A stretch of DNA of 64,000 bases from Vicinamibacterales bacterium (GCA_965199675.1 CBDATI010000059.1:78291-142290), one strand, 5' to 3'; counted from the first letter of the stretch, positions 1-9,177 are shown. Notes: a model not told the origin generated them from the sequence alone. Program-made: numbers and translations.

Positions 1-795
1 TGGCCAGCGCGAACTGGGCCTCGGCATGGCCCTGGTCGGCCGCCCGCCGGATCCAGCGGACCGCCTCGGCGTCGTCCTCGGGCACTCCGGCGCCGGCGTC
101 GTGGAGATAGCCCAGCGTGACCTGGGCGGCGGGGTCGCCCTGCACCGCGGCGAGGCGGTACCAGCGGGCGGCGAGGGCGAGGTCCCGGGCGACGCCTGAA
201 CCGGTCTCGTACATGCTGGCCAGGGTCACCTGGGCGGTGGGATTGCCCTGCGCCGCGGCCTGCCGCACCCAGCGCGCGGCGCGCGCGCGGTCCTGCGGCG
301 CCCCGCGGCCGTTGTAGTACATCTGGCCGAGGTAGAACTGGGCCTCGGCGTGGCCCTGGACGGCGGCTCGGCGGAACCAGCGGACCGCCTCGGCGTCGTC
401 GCGGTCGACGCCGGCGCCGCGGGCGTACATGCGCCCCAGCCGGAACTGCGCCTCCCAGTGGCCCTGGTCGGCGGCTCGGCGGAACCAGCGGACCGCCTCG
501 GCGTCGTCCTCGGGCGCCCCGAGGCCCGCGTCGTAACGCACCCCGAGGCCGTGCTGGGCCCCCGCGTGCCCCTGCTCGGCCGCCCTCCGGTACCAGTACG
601 CGGCCCGCTCGGCGTCCCGGGGGACGCCGACGCCGGCGACGTGGAGGCGGGCCAGGTTGAACTGCGCCGCCGCGTCGCCCGCCTCCGCGCGAGCGCGCAG
701 CGCCGAGACGTCCGGTTGGGCGTGGACCGGCGTCGAGAGGAGGATCGCGACGGCGCCGAGGACGAGCGCTCGAGCCAGGGGATCGCGATGCAGGC
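1..795 (-). CDS. Sel1-repeat (TPR-like) secreted protein, partial (3' end beyond window start; start codon unresolved)
   Basis: My own reverse-strand translation (this frame has no in-window stop, so it is absent from the ORF track) reads ..LARALVLGAVAILLSTPVHAQPDVSALRARAEAGDAAAQFNLARLHVAGVGVPRDAERAAYWYRRAAEQGHAGAQHGLGVRYDAGLGAPEDDAEAVRWFRRAADQGHWEAQFRLGRMYARGAGVDRDDAEAVRWFRRAAVQGHAEAQFYLGQMYYNGRG... This is a signal-like segment followed by at least 6 Sel1 repeats of about 36 aa. The DNA shows 108-bp periodicity with near-identical segments (about 348-410 vs 456-518). No ATG or GTG lies just upstream of the hydrophobic segment, so the start is uncertain. Confidence 0.75.
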
Positions 796-948
796 CTGAC
801 CCTGAAACTCGACCGAGCAGGTGTGCGAGTCGCCGGGGCGGCGCATCCCCGGGGGCATCGCCGGCGCCGCGGGCGGGTCGCGAACGAACGCCATGGCGAA
901 CGGTCGAGGCGGTCGGCGTCCGGGCCTGCGAATGGCGGGGCAAGATGC

Positions 949-2622
949 CTATCTCGCGGCGGGGAGCGTCGCGGTGTCGACGATTCCCGCGCCTTCCTCG
1001 ACGGTGATCATCCGGTCGGCGGGGACCGGGCCGAGGCGGTCCACGGCGCCGCTGGGCCAGGTCACCACGACCGAGTCGGCTCGCGTCCGGCTGCCGAGGC
1101 CGAAGGTCACCGGCATCTCGCTCTGCGACAGGTAGCTCGATCCCGTCTTGACCAACTGCCAGCGCGAGCGTCCGCCCGCCGTCACGTCGATGCGGGCCCC
1201 GATGCCGTCGCGGTTCGAGGCCGTGCCCACGGTCCGGATGCGCAGCACGCGGTTCTCGTTGCCCCCGTCGTTGCGCAGCAGCCGCGGGGGACCGCCGTTG
1301 GCGGTGACCACCACGTCGAGGTCACCGTCCCCGTCGAAGTCGGCATAGGCGGCCCCGCGTCCCACCTGCGCGGCGCCGAGGGCGGTGTCGGGCGCGCTCA
1401 CCTCCTCGAACCGTCCACGGCCGGTGTTGCGGAACAACTGCGGCGGCTGCGCGTAGGTGATGCGGGCCTGCACCCGCTCGACGTCGTCGGCGACGTGCCC
1501 GTTGGCGGCGAAGACGTCCGGCCAGCCGTCGAGGTCGAAGTCGAAGAAGAAGCAGCCGAACGTCAGGGTCAGCAGGGTCGCCCGGCCGATGGCCGAGCGC
1601 GGCCCCTCGTCGATGAACAGCCCGTTGCCCTCGTTGTGGTAGAGGGCCATCATCTCGGTCGAGAAGTGGCCGATCACGAGGTCGGGCCGGCCCGAGCCGT
1701 CGTAGTCGGCGGCGTCGACCCCCATGCCGGCGCGGGCCACCCCGGCGTCGCTGAACGCCACCCCCGCGAGGACCCCGATATCCTCGAACGTGCCGTCGCC
1801 GCGGTTCTCGAAGAGCTGGTCGGGCTGGGTGTCGTTGGCCACGAACAGGTCCATCCAGCCATCGTCGTTGTGGTCGAGCATGACGACGCCGAGCGCCTTC
1901 GACGAGGGCGCGCGCAGGCCCGCCGCGGTCGTCACGTCCTCGAAGGTCGAGTCTCCCCGGTTCCGGTACAGGGTGCCGCTCTGCCCCTGGTACGACTCGG
2001 GCGTGCAGTACGACTTCGTGTCGCCGCTCAACGAGCAGAACAGGTCGGTCTCCGGCGTCCAGCGCACGTAGTTGCCCACGAACAGGTCGAGATGGCCGTC
2101 CTCGTCATAGTCGAACCAGAGGGCGGCGGTCGAGAACCCCGGGTCGCCGACCCCCGCCGCGTCGGTGACGTCGGTGAAGGTGCCGTCGCCGGCCCCCCTG
2201 AACAGGCGGTTCGGTCCCAGCACCGTCAGATAGACATCGACGTGTCCGTCGTTGTCGAAGTCGGCGGCGGCCCCGCCCATCCCGTACAGCGGGACGTCGA
2301 GCCCCGATCCGGCGGTGATGTCGGTGAACGTCCCGTCGCCGTCGTTCCGGTACAGTGCGGCATGCGTCTCCCGCTCGCCCCGCCCCGGCCACGCGGTGCC
2401 GTTGACGAGCAGCAGGTCCTGCCAGCCGTCGCCGTCGGCGTCGAGCCAGAGGGCGCCCGAGCCGAAGGTCTCCGGCATGTACTTGGCGCCGAAGGCCCCG
2501 GTGTTGTGGGTAAAGCGGATGCCGGCCGACTCGGTGACGTCGGTGAAGACGACCGGGGTGGCCGCGGTGAGAACGAGGGCCGGGACGGACGCGGCCAGGG
2601 TCAGCGCGAGTAGGCGTTTCAT
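949..2622 (-). CDS. CRTAC1/ASPIC-UnbV family FG-GAP (VCBS) repeat protein, secreted
   Basis: 557-aa ORF with signal peptide MKRLLALTLAASVPALVL. Repeated FG-GAP Ca-binding motifs are present (LDADGDGWQDLLLVNG, ADFDNDGHVDVYL, FDYDEDGHLDLFVGN, LDHNDDGWMDLFVAN, ADFDGDGDLDVVV). The C-terminus is UnbV/ASPIC-like (RDGIGARIDVTAGG..SSYLSQSE). It lies 4 bp downstream of the multihaem gene, so they form an operon. Confidence 0.9.
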   Translation of the reverse strand: MKRLLALTLAASVPALVLTAATPVVFTDVTESAGIRFTHNTGAFGAKYMPETFGSGALWLDADGDGWQDLLLVNGTAWPGRGERETHAALYRNDGDGTFTDITAGSGLDVPLYGMGGAAADFDNDGHVDVYLTVLGPNRLFRGAGDGTFTDVTDAAGVGDPGFSTAALWFDYDEDGHLDLFVGNYVRWTPETDLFCSLSGDTKSYCTPESYQGQSGTLYRNRGDSTFEDVTTAAGLRAPSSKALGVVMLDHNDDGWMDLFVANDTQPDQLFENRGDGTFEDIGVLAGVAFSDAGVARAGMGVDAADYDGSGRPDLVIGHFSTEMMALYHNEGNGLFIDEGPRSAIGRATLLTLTFGCFFFDFDLDGWPDVFAANGHVADDVERVQARITYAQPPQLFRNTGRGRFEEVSAPDTALGAAQVGRGAAYADFDGDGDLDVVVTANGGPPRLLRNDGGNENRVLRIRTVGTASNRDGIGARIDVTAGGRSRWQLVKTGSSYLSQSEMPVTFGLGSRTRADSVVVTWPSGAVDRLGPVPADRMITVEEGAGIVDTATLPAAR

Positions 2623-2626
2623 CGTG

Positions 2627-5437
2627 TCAGGGGGTGGCGGGCCGCGGGTCCGGGTGCCGGTGCTCGTGGATGGCCTGCCGTTCGTTGTTGTCTTCGGGCG
2701 AGGCGCGTCGGAAGCCCCCGGTGATCGCCTGGGCCGCCTCGTCCGCCTTGAACCGTTCGTACAGGGCGCGCTCCCGCATCGCCTCCTCCCGGTCGCCCGC
2801 GCCCTGGTGGGCCAGCATCAGATTGTAGTGGGCCCCGACGTCCTCGGGGTCGATGGCGAGCACCGCCTGGTAGGTGGCGATGGCCGCCTCGTACTGCCGA
2901 TCGAGGAACTGCAGGCGTCCGATCTGGCCGAGGACCACGCGGTCGCGCGGATACTGCGCCCGCGCCGTCTCGAGGTGCTCCAGCGCCTCGTCGTAGCGGC
3001 CGAGGGCGCGCAGGGCGGTGCCCAGGAAGAAGTGGGCGCGGGCGAGGTCCGGCTCGAGAGCGAGGGCCTCCTCGAGCAGGGGAATCGCGGCGTCGACATC
3101 GCCCTCCTGCAACCGCGCCCGCGCCGCGTTCACGGGTCCGTCCGGATAGCCCGGGTCGATTGCCATCACCCGGCGGAACGCCGCCTCCGCCCCCCGCAGG
3201 TCGCCCTGCAGCAGCAGGCCGATGCCGTAGTCGTTCCAGCGTCCCCGCTGCCGCGCGTCGCCTGTCGGCGATACCGGGGCCGGGGGCAGCGGCGCGTCGG
3301 CGTCGACGACGGCGAGGGTGGCCTCGGCTTCCGCCATCACCGTGGTGGGGATGTCGGGAATCGCCTTGATCTGCCCCGACACCCCGCTCGTGTCGCCGGT
3401 GAACACCCACCGACCGTCGTCGTGGGCGCTCGTGACCGAGGGCGCGTGGTCGGCGGGGTCGCGTACGCCCGCGTACGCCCACTGTGTGAACCACCAGGCG
3501 AACTTCCGGTAGTTGACCCTGGCGCGGATGCTGATGCGGTCGCCGGCGTCCTCGGGAATCTCGAGCCGGTAGTGCACGGTGTCGGCCGCGCCGGGGGGGA
3601 TGAGCCGCACGTAGGCGACGGAGCGGGTCGCCCAGGCGTTCCGCTTGTTGATGGGGTTGCCGTGCTCGTCGAGCTGCAGGCTGCGGTAGAAGTGGGCGCC
3701 GGGGTCGACCGGCCCGCTGCCCCCGTCCGCCGCCTCGCCGCTGTGGAGCAGCACCCGGCCGCGGTCGTCCACCGCCTCGAGCTCGACCCAGACGTCGAAG
3801 GCGTCGACGGTGCCCCCGGGGAAGAAGTGGCCGACGTTGCGGGTGCGGACCACCACCTCGAGGCGCACCGACTCGCCGCGCCGCACCGCCACCGGCGACA
3901 GGTCGAGGGGGGCGATGACCTCGGCCGGGGCAGGGCCGCCGGGCAGCCGCCGTCCCGCCCCGAACTGCAGCGACTCTTCGCCCACCGCGAAGGTGCTCGA
4001 CAGGGCGGGGTCGCCTCCCGGCAGGACCGCCGCGGCAGAGGCCGGCGCGTCGGCCACGCGGGTGATGCCGAACACATCGATCGAGACCTGTCCGGCCCGC
4101 AGGAAGTCCTGCACCGCTTTCAACTGCGCCGCGTCCCGGTTGACGAACGGCAGGGCGGTGTTCGCGCCGGGGAAGCGGTGTGACCGCACGTAGCCGTCGC
4201 GGGCGGCGGGGTCGTCGGACCGCACCAGGGGCATGTGGCACGAGCTGCACGTCTGCGGCGTCTCGGGGTAGTAGAACGACCGCGCACCCTGCCCGGAGAC
4301 GCCCGACGCCTGCCAGTTGTCGTACTCGTTGAACCCCCGCACCCACCGGTAGTCGTTGACCGGCAGGTCGAGGTGCACCTTGTGGCAGGACGAGCAGAAC
4401 TCGGCGCTCTGCTCGGTGTGGAACGGCTTCATGAACGTGTCGCGGTGGGGTTTCGGGGCGAGCCGCAGCAGCAGGTCGTGCACGCTCCGCAACAGGGGGT
4501 TCTCGCTCGCCGCGAGGTCGTGCAGGGGGGGATACTCGATGGTGAAGTCGCCCTGGCCCATGGTGCTGCCGACGTGCACGATGGAGTGGCACGACGTGCA
4601 GCCGAGCCCCGCCTGGGCCTCGGGCGTGTCGATCTGGTCCACGATCGGCGTGTCGAAGCGTCCGTTGAAGAACACCGCGTGGTCGTGGCAGCCGGCGCAC
4701 CACTTCGACGGGGTCGTGCCCACCACCTCCTGCATGTACTCGATGGACCGCCGGTACCACTGGTTGTTGAACGACGAGAAGTGATGGGCCGACGCGTTCC
4801 ACTGCTCGTAGATGTCGGCGTGGCAGCGGCCGCAGGTCTCGCTCGTGAGGAAGAAGTCGGCGGGAATCGTGCCGCCGGTGTTCGTCGTCGCCGACGACGG
4901 CGCGAACGGGCTCGACGCGCCCGCACCCTCCTCGGCCATGCTCGCGGGCGGCCGCACGGGGTTCTCGATGCGGTGGGTCTCGCGCCACTCGGCGTCCCGC
5001 GCCGCGCGCAGGAGCGGCGCGCTCAGGCCGGCCGCGGCGGCGACGACGAGGGCGATGCGGACGGCCCGGGTCCACCCGGGCGTCCACGCGACGGCGCGCC
5101 AGAGATGCGCGCCCCAGAGGATCGCGCCGGCCGTCGATACGGCGACGTGGATCTGCAGCAGCCACGCGTGGTCGCGGGTGGCGCCCACCGCGGCCACCGC
5201 CACCCCGAGAGCCAGCCCCGCCGCCAGCAGCCCGACCCCGGCCGCGGCCAGGGCGCCGTCCCGCCACCGACGCCGCCATGCCTCCCGCACCAGCGCGCCC
5301 ACCAGCACCAGGCCCAGCAGGGGATGCAGCGCGACGCTGGCGAAGTACGTCAGGGAGGCGGCCGGCGCCGCGACCAGGTGGACCGCGGTCAGCACGAGGG
5401 CGATGAAGCCGAACGCGGCCAACCGGGACGTGCTCAT
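2627..5437 (-). CDS. membrane-anchored multihaem c-type cytochrome fused to C-terminal TPR repeats
   Basis: 936-aa ORF. The N-terminus has several hydrophobic helices. Five CxxCH motifs are present (CGRCH, CAGCH, CTSCH, CSSCH x2). The C-terminal third is TPR-like (..ALALEPDLARAHFFLGTALRALGRYDEALEHLE..IDPEDVGAHYNLMLAH). Confidence 0.85.
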   Translation of the reverse strand: MSTSRLAAFGFIALVLTAVHLVAAPAASLTYFASVALHPLLGLVLVGALVREAWRRRWRDGALAAAGVGLLAAGLALGVAVAAVGATRDHAWLLQIHVAVSTAGAILWGAHLWRAVAWTPGWTRAVRIALVVAAAAGLSAPLLRAARDAEWRETHRIENPVRPPASMAEEGAGASSPFAPSSATTNTGGTIPADFFLTSETCGRCHADIYEQWNASAHHFSSFNNQWYRRSIEYMQEVVGTTPSKWCAGCHDHAVFFNGRFDTPIVDQIDTPEAQAGLGCTSCHSIVHVGSTMGQGDFTIEYPPLHDLAASENPLLRSVHDLLLRLAPKPHRDTFMKPFHTEQSAEFCSSCHKVHLDLPVNDYRWVRGFNEYDNWQASGVSGQGARSFYYPETPQTCSSCHMPLVRSDDPAARDGYVRSHRFPGANTALPFVNRDAAQLKAVQDFLRAGQVSIDVFGITRVADAPASAAAVLPGGDPALSSTFAVGEESLQFGAGRRLPGGPAPAEVIAPLDLSPVAVRRGESVRLEVVVRTRNVGHFFPGGTVDAFDVWVELEAVDDRGRVLLHSGEAADGGSGPVDPGAHFYRSLQLDEHGNPINKRNAWATRSVAYVRLIPPGAADTVHYRLEIPEDAGDRISIRARVNYRKFAWWFTQWAYAGVRDPADHAPSVTSAHDDGRWVFTGDTSGVSGQIKAIPDIPTTVMAEAEATLAVVDADAPLPPAPVSPTGDARQRGRWNDYGIGLLLQGDLRGAEAAFRRVMAIDPGYPDGPVNAARARLQEGDVDAAIPLLEEALALEPDLARAHFFLGTALRALGRYDEALEHLETARAQYPRDRVVLGQIGRLQFLDRQYEAAIATYQAVLAIDPEDVGAHYNLMLAHQGAGDREEAMRERALYERFKADEAAQAITGGFRRASPEDNNERQAIHEHRHPDPRPATP

Positions 5438-5709
5438 CGTCTTTCATCGTAACGCACGACGGGCGGCTCGTGGCGCGGCGCCGTGTGGTCGGGGCCCGCG
5501 CCGCCGCGGGACCGCGCCGGCGTGAGGCGCCCGCCGATGATGCGTCGGTCCGGGGCGGCGACAGAGAACAGCGCCGCCGCGGGGCGCCGCCGGAGCGAGG
5601 CGCCGCCGGATGCCCGGGTTCGCGGCGCCGCCCGCGCGTCGGGCGAAGGTCCGCGCCCACCCGCGCAGGGCGTCTCGGTCCGCGGCCCGACGGGTCCGGC
5701 GGCCGGTGG

Positions 5710-5715
5710 TAGAAT
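5710..5715 (+). promoter_or_regulatory. -10-like box TAGAAT 8 nt upstream of ATG 5724 (possible leaderless transcript)
   Basis: ggtggTAGAATcgcccgcgATG. This is an isolated AT-rich hexamer in GC-rich intergenic DNA, and no Shine-Dalgarno sequence fits in the 8-nt gap. Confidence 0.4.
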
Positions 5716-5723
5716 CGCCCGCG

Positions 5724-7175
5724 ATGCCTGCGCCGCGACCTGCCTCCCCCCGTCTCGTCTGGGCCTGCGTGCTCGCCGCTGCGGGCGCCCTCGCGCTGGC
5801 ATCGCCCGGCGACGAGCGCGAATGGCTGGCCGGCGACTCGCACATCCACAGCCACTGGAGCGCCGGCTACGACTACCGCACCAGTCCGCCGACCCCGATC
5901 AAGGCGCGGGACGCCCTGTACTCGACCCCGCGCAACGCCGCCATGGCGCGCCGGTTCGGCCTGCGCTGGATGGTGACGACCGACCACGGCGGTCCGAACC
6001 ACGCCAAGCTGAATCTGGAGCAGGCGTACCGCGAGCTCACCCTGTCGCGCGAGCTGGTTCCCGACGTGCTCCAGTTCTATGGTCTGGAGCTCAACATGCC
6101 GGGCATGGACCACCACACCCTGATTGTCCCCCGCGCGGAGGACGAGGCGCAGGTGCTCCACGAGATCGAGCGCCGCTTCGACGCCAACGAGGACTGGGCG
6201 TTGCCTCCCGACCCGCGCCGGCAGTCGGCGGCGCTGAGGCGGCAGGCGCTCGCGCACATGCAGGGGCTCGATCGCCTGCCGATCCTGTTCGCGAACCATC
6301 CCTCCCGCTCGGCGGCGGCGATCGGGCGCTACGGCCGCGACGAACCGTGGGAGCTCCGCGAGAACAACGATCTCGCGCCCGACGTCTACCGCGGCATGGA
6401 GGGCGCGCCCGGCCACCAGGCGGCGACCCTCACCGACCGGAACACCATGGTGTACCGCGGCGCCTACTGGAACCCCGGCGCGCAGACCCTGGGCGGTTTC
6501 GACCAGATGACCGCCATCGTCGGCGGCCTGTGGGACGCCATGCTCGGCGAGGGGCGCCGGTTCTGGATCGTGGCCTCGTCCGATTCGCACTTCCACTACA
6601 CCGAGCCGGTGCGGGCGGGGAGCGACTTCTGGCCCGGCGAGTTCCACAAGACCTGGGTCCACGCCCATCCGAGCTACGACGACGTGCTCGACGGGTTGCG
6701 GCAGGGGCGCATGTTCGCGGTCGCCGGCGACCTCGTCACCGAGCTCGAGTTCGGCCTGAAGAGCGCCGCGGGTCGCGGGGCGGGGCTCGGCGGCACGCTG
6801 CGCGTCGCGCGGGGGGGCCGGGTCACCGCCACCGTCCGGTTCCGCGACCCCGAAACCCCCAACGCGGCGGGGGAGAACCCCGCCGTGCGCCGGGTCGATG
6901 TGATCGTGGGTGCGGTGACGGGACCGTCTTCGGACCCCGCCAACGACCACAACCCCACGACGCGGGTCCTCGCGCGATTCACGCGGGACGCGCTGGCCCG
7001 CGACGGCGACCGCTATTCCTTCGAGGTGGAGCTGCCCGCCGTCGACCGCGACCTCTACGTCCGGGTGCGCGGCACGAGCACCGACGACCCCGAGCCCCGG
7101 GTGGACGGTCCCGACGAGAACCCCTGGCGCGACCTCTGGTTCTACTCGAACCCGATCTTCATCGAGGTCGAGTGA
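5724..7175 (+). CDS. secreted PHP-like / CehA-McbA-type metallohydrolase (function uncertain)
   Basis: Internal ATG of ORF 5610..7175 gives MPAPRPASPRLVWACVLAAAGALALASP (signal peptide). This is followed by GDSHIHSHWS (H-x-H), TTDHGG and SSDSHFH motifs typical of PHP-type metal sites. Confidence 0.6.
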   Translation: MPAPRPASPRLVWACVLAAAGALALASPGDEREWLAGDSHIHSHWSAGYDYRTSPPTPIKARDALYSTPRNAAMARRFGLRWMVTTDHGGPNHAKLNLEQAYRELTLSRELVPDVLQFYGLELNMPGMDHHTLIVPRAEDEAQVLHEIERRFDANEDWALPPDPRRQSAALRRQALAHMQGLDRLPILFANHPSRSAAAIGRYGRDEPWELRENNDLAPDVYRGMEGAPGHQAATLTDRNTMVYRGAYWNPGAQTLGGFDQMTAIVGGLWDAMLGEGRRFWIVASSDSHFHYTEPVRAGSDFWPGEFHKTWVHAHPSYDDVLDGLRQGRMFAVAGDLVTELEFGLKSAAGRGAGLGGTLRVARGGRVTATVRFRDPETPNAAGENPAVRRVDVIVGAVTGPSSDPANDHNPTTRVLARFTRDALARDGDRYSFEVELPAVDRDLYVRVRGTSTDDPEPRVDGPDENPWRDLWFYSNPIFIEVE

Positions 7176-7185
7176 CGGCGCCCTC

Positions 7186-7929
7186 TTGATCGTCGATCCC
7201 TGGTTCTACGCCGCCGCGACGGTCGCGGTGCTCATCGTCGGCATCGCCAAGGGCGGGCTCGGCGGCGGCATCGCGGTGGTCGGCGTGCCCCTGATGGCGA
7301 TGGTCATCAGCCCCGCCCAGGCCGCCGCGGTGCTGCTGCCGATCCTCATGGTCATGGACGTCCTCGCGGTCCGCGCCTACCGGGGGGCGTGGGACTGGCC
7401 CAACCTGCGGGTGCTGGTGCCGTCGGCGCTGCTGGGCACGGCGCTGGGCGCGGCGACCTTCGGCTATCTGACCCCCGACGGCCTTCGCGCGCTGGTGGGG
7501 GTGATCGCACTGACCTACTCGCTGCAGTACTTCGCGCCGCGGACGGCGTCGCCCCCGAGGTCTCCGCGCCGTGCGACCGGCGTCCTCTGGGGCGCGCTGG
7601 CGGGATTCGCGAGCTTCTCGGTGCACGCGGGCGGACCCCCGCTCCACGCCTACCTGCTGCCGCAGCGCATGGACCGCACGACATTCCAGGCCACCGGCGT
7701 GGCGTTCTTCTTCGTCGTCAACTGGTCGAAGGTGGGCCCCTACGCGTGGCTGGGCCAGTGGAACGCCGACAACCTGCTCACCTCGCTGGTGCTGCTGCCC
7801 CTCGCGCCGGTGGGCATCTGGATCGGCCGCCGGCTGCACGAGCGCGCCACCGACGACCTCTTCTTCCGCATCGTCCACGCGTCACTCTTCGTCATCGGCG
7901 CGAAGCTGCTGTACGACGTCACGACGTGA
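7186..7929 (+). CDS. TauE/SafE (DUF81) family sulfite/anion exporter
   Basis: 247-aa polytopic membrane ORF with a TTG start. It has the characteristic IAKGGLGGGIAVVGVPLM N-terminal motif and a second half-repeat. Confidence 0.85.
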   Translation: MIVDPWFYAAATVAVLIVGIAKGGLGGGIAVVGVPLMAMVISPAQAAAVLLPILMVMDVLAVRAYRGAWDWPNLRVLVPSALLGTALGAATFGYLTPDGLRALVGVIALTYSLQYFAPRTASPPRSPRRATGVLWGALAGFASFSVHAGGPPLHAYLLPQRMDRTTFQATGVAFFFVVNWSKVGPYAWLGQWNADNLLTSLVLLPLAPVGIWIGRRLHERATDDLFFRIVHASLFVIGAKLLYDVTT

Positions 7930-7950
7930 TGTGCGGGTGCAGTCGGACGT

Positions 7951-8379
7951 TCAGTCCGCCGGCGCGGTGCGTTCTTCGATGATCTGCAGCAGCAGGCTGC
8001 GGATCTCGCGGATCTCGCTGCGGACTTCGCGGAACTCGGTCTGGATCTCGCTGCGGATTTCGCGGAACTCGGTCTGGATCTCGCTGCGCATCTCGCGCAT
8101 ATCGGTCTGCACGTGATCGATTCGGCGGTTGGTGTCGTCGATTCGACGGTTGGTGTCGTCGATTCGGGCGCTGATGGAGGTGTTGGTGTCGTCGATTCGG
8201 GCGTTGATGGTGGCGTACTGCTGCATCAGCATGGCGTTCTGCTGGAACATCATGCCGACGAGGGCAACCAGCAGGGCGGCGATCGTCATGCCGGTGCTGA
8301 CGATCCACCTTGCGTCGGTCGAGAGTCCCGTCTTCGCGGGCCTGGCAGCGGGCCCGGCGTCGATCTCGGTGTCGGCCAT
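7951..8379 (-). CDS. small N-terminally anchored coiled-coil protein with 11-residue repeats (paralog A)
   Basis: Internal ATG of the artefactual 447-aa ORF 7951..9294 gives MADTEIDAGPAARPAKTGLSTDARWIVSTGMTIAALLVALVGMMF.. (TM). This is followed by ARIDDTN and REIRSEIQTEF hendecad repeats. AAGGAG sits 9 nt upstream of the ATG and a TAGAAT box lies upstream. Confidence 0.75.
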   Translation of the reverse strand: MADTEIDAGPAARPAKTGLSTDARWIVSTGMTIAALLVALVGMMFQQNAMLMQQYATINARIDDTNTSISARIDDTNRRIDDTNRRIDHVQTDMREMRSEIQTEFREIRSEIQTEFREVRSEIREIRSLLLQIIEERTAPAD

Positions 8380-8399
8380 GTCGTCGAGCTCCTTCAGTG

Positions 8400-8405
8400 A
8401 TTCTA
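8400..8405 (-). promoter_or_regulatory. -10-like TAGAAT for paralog A
   Basis: The minus strand reads ..gtgTAGAATcactgAAGGAGctcgacgacATG. The same GTAGAATCAC motif precedes paralog B. Confidence 0.45.
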
Positions 8406-8609
8406 CACGTGGGTCCGCGCTGGTGTCGCGTTCTCGACTGGGTTCGGCACGAGAGATCGCGGGCCGCTCGTCGTTCATCGGCGCTCGTGTTCCGGTGTCG
8501 GCGGTGATGGCCGACGAGACGGAAGCGGCGGGCTGATGACGCCGCAACGTCGGGCGGGCTGTTGGTGGGCGACGTTCTCGAGACCGCTTCCCGTCCTGCA
8601 ATCGGGAGT

Positions 8610-9014
8610 TCAGTCCGCCGGCGCGGTGCGTTCGATGACCTGCAGCAGCAGGCTGCGGATCTCGCGGATCTCGCTGCGCATCTCGCGGAACTCGGTCTGG
8701 ATCTCGCTGCGCATCTCGCGCATATCGGTCTGCAGGTGGTCGATGCGGCGGTTGGTGTCGTCGATTCGGGCGTTGATGGAGGCGTTGGTGTCGTCGATTC
8801 GCGCGCTGATGGAGGTGTTGGTGTCGTCGATTCGGGCGTTGATGGTGCCGTACTGCTGCATCAGCATGGCGTTCTGCTGGAACATCATGCCGACGAGGGC
8901 AACCAGCAGGGCGGCGATCGTCATGCCGGTGCTGACGATCCACCTTGCGTCGGTCGAGAGTCTCGTCTTCGCGGGCCTGGCAGCCGGCCCAGTGTCGATC
9001 GCGGTGTCGGACAT
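8610..9014 (-). CDS. small N-terminally anchored coiled-coil protein with 11-residue repeats (paralog B)
   Basis: ORF 8610..9032 begins at a TTG. The ATG at 9014 (MSDTAIDTGPAARPAKTRLSTDARWIVSTGMTIAALLVALVGMMF..) is preceded by GAGGGAG at 9 nt. The protein is near-identical to paralog A apart from repeat number. Confidence 0.75.
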   Translation of the reverse strand: MSDTAIDTGPAARPAKTRLSTDARWIVSTGMTIAALLVALVGMMFQQNAMLMQQYGTINARIDDTNTSISARIDDTNASINARIDDTNRRIDHLQTDMREMRSEIQTEFREMRSEIREIRSLLLQVIERTAPAD

Positions 9015-9035
9015 GTCCGTGATCTCCCTCAAGTG

Positions 9036-9041
9036 ATTCTA
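9036..9041 (-). promoter_or_regulatory. -10-like TAGAAT for paralog B
   Basis: The minus strand reads ..cagggTAGAATcacttGAGGGAGatcacggacATG. Confidence 0.4.
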
Positions 9042-9177
9042 CCCTGGGATTCGCAGCGTCGCCGAATCGCCCGCCGACGTATCCTGCTCCGGTCGTCGGG
9101 AGGTTTGGTGCCCGTCCAGATCCGAAGACCGCGCGGGCAGCGTCGGTGAGTGAGATACTGCGCGCTCGACCGAGCTC

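Noticed and set aside
226-894. 222-aa minus-strand ORF and 350..799 plus-strand ORF at the window start
   Set aside because: Both are in the wrong frame or strand relative to the clear Sel1-repeat frame, which the track omits because it has no stop in the window.
2619-6950. 1443-aa ORF on the minus strand, plus similar giant ORFs. These include 823..2613 +, 2252..4183 +, 18413..22219 -, 39756..41765 -, 41531..43210 -, 25154..27475 -, 52945..55548 - and 60748..62256 -.
   Set aside because: They are extremely Arg/Ala/Gly/Pro-rich with no recognisable motifs. They overlap, in other frames or on the other strand, genes with clear family signatures. These are typical stop-codon-poor artefacts of about 70% GC DNA.
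8380-8478. Longer N-terminal extension of paralog A starting at ATG 8478 (MNDERPAISR...)
   Set aside because: The extension is not shared with paralog B. The SD and TAGAAT elements conserved between both copies support the ATG at 8379.
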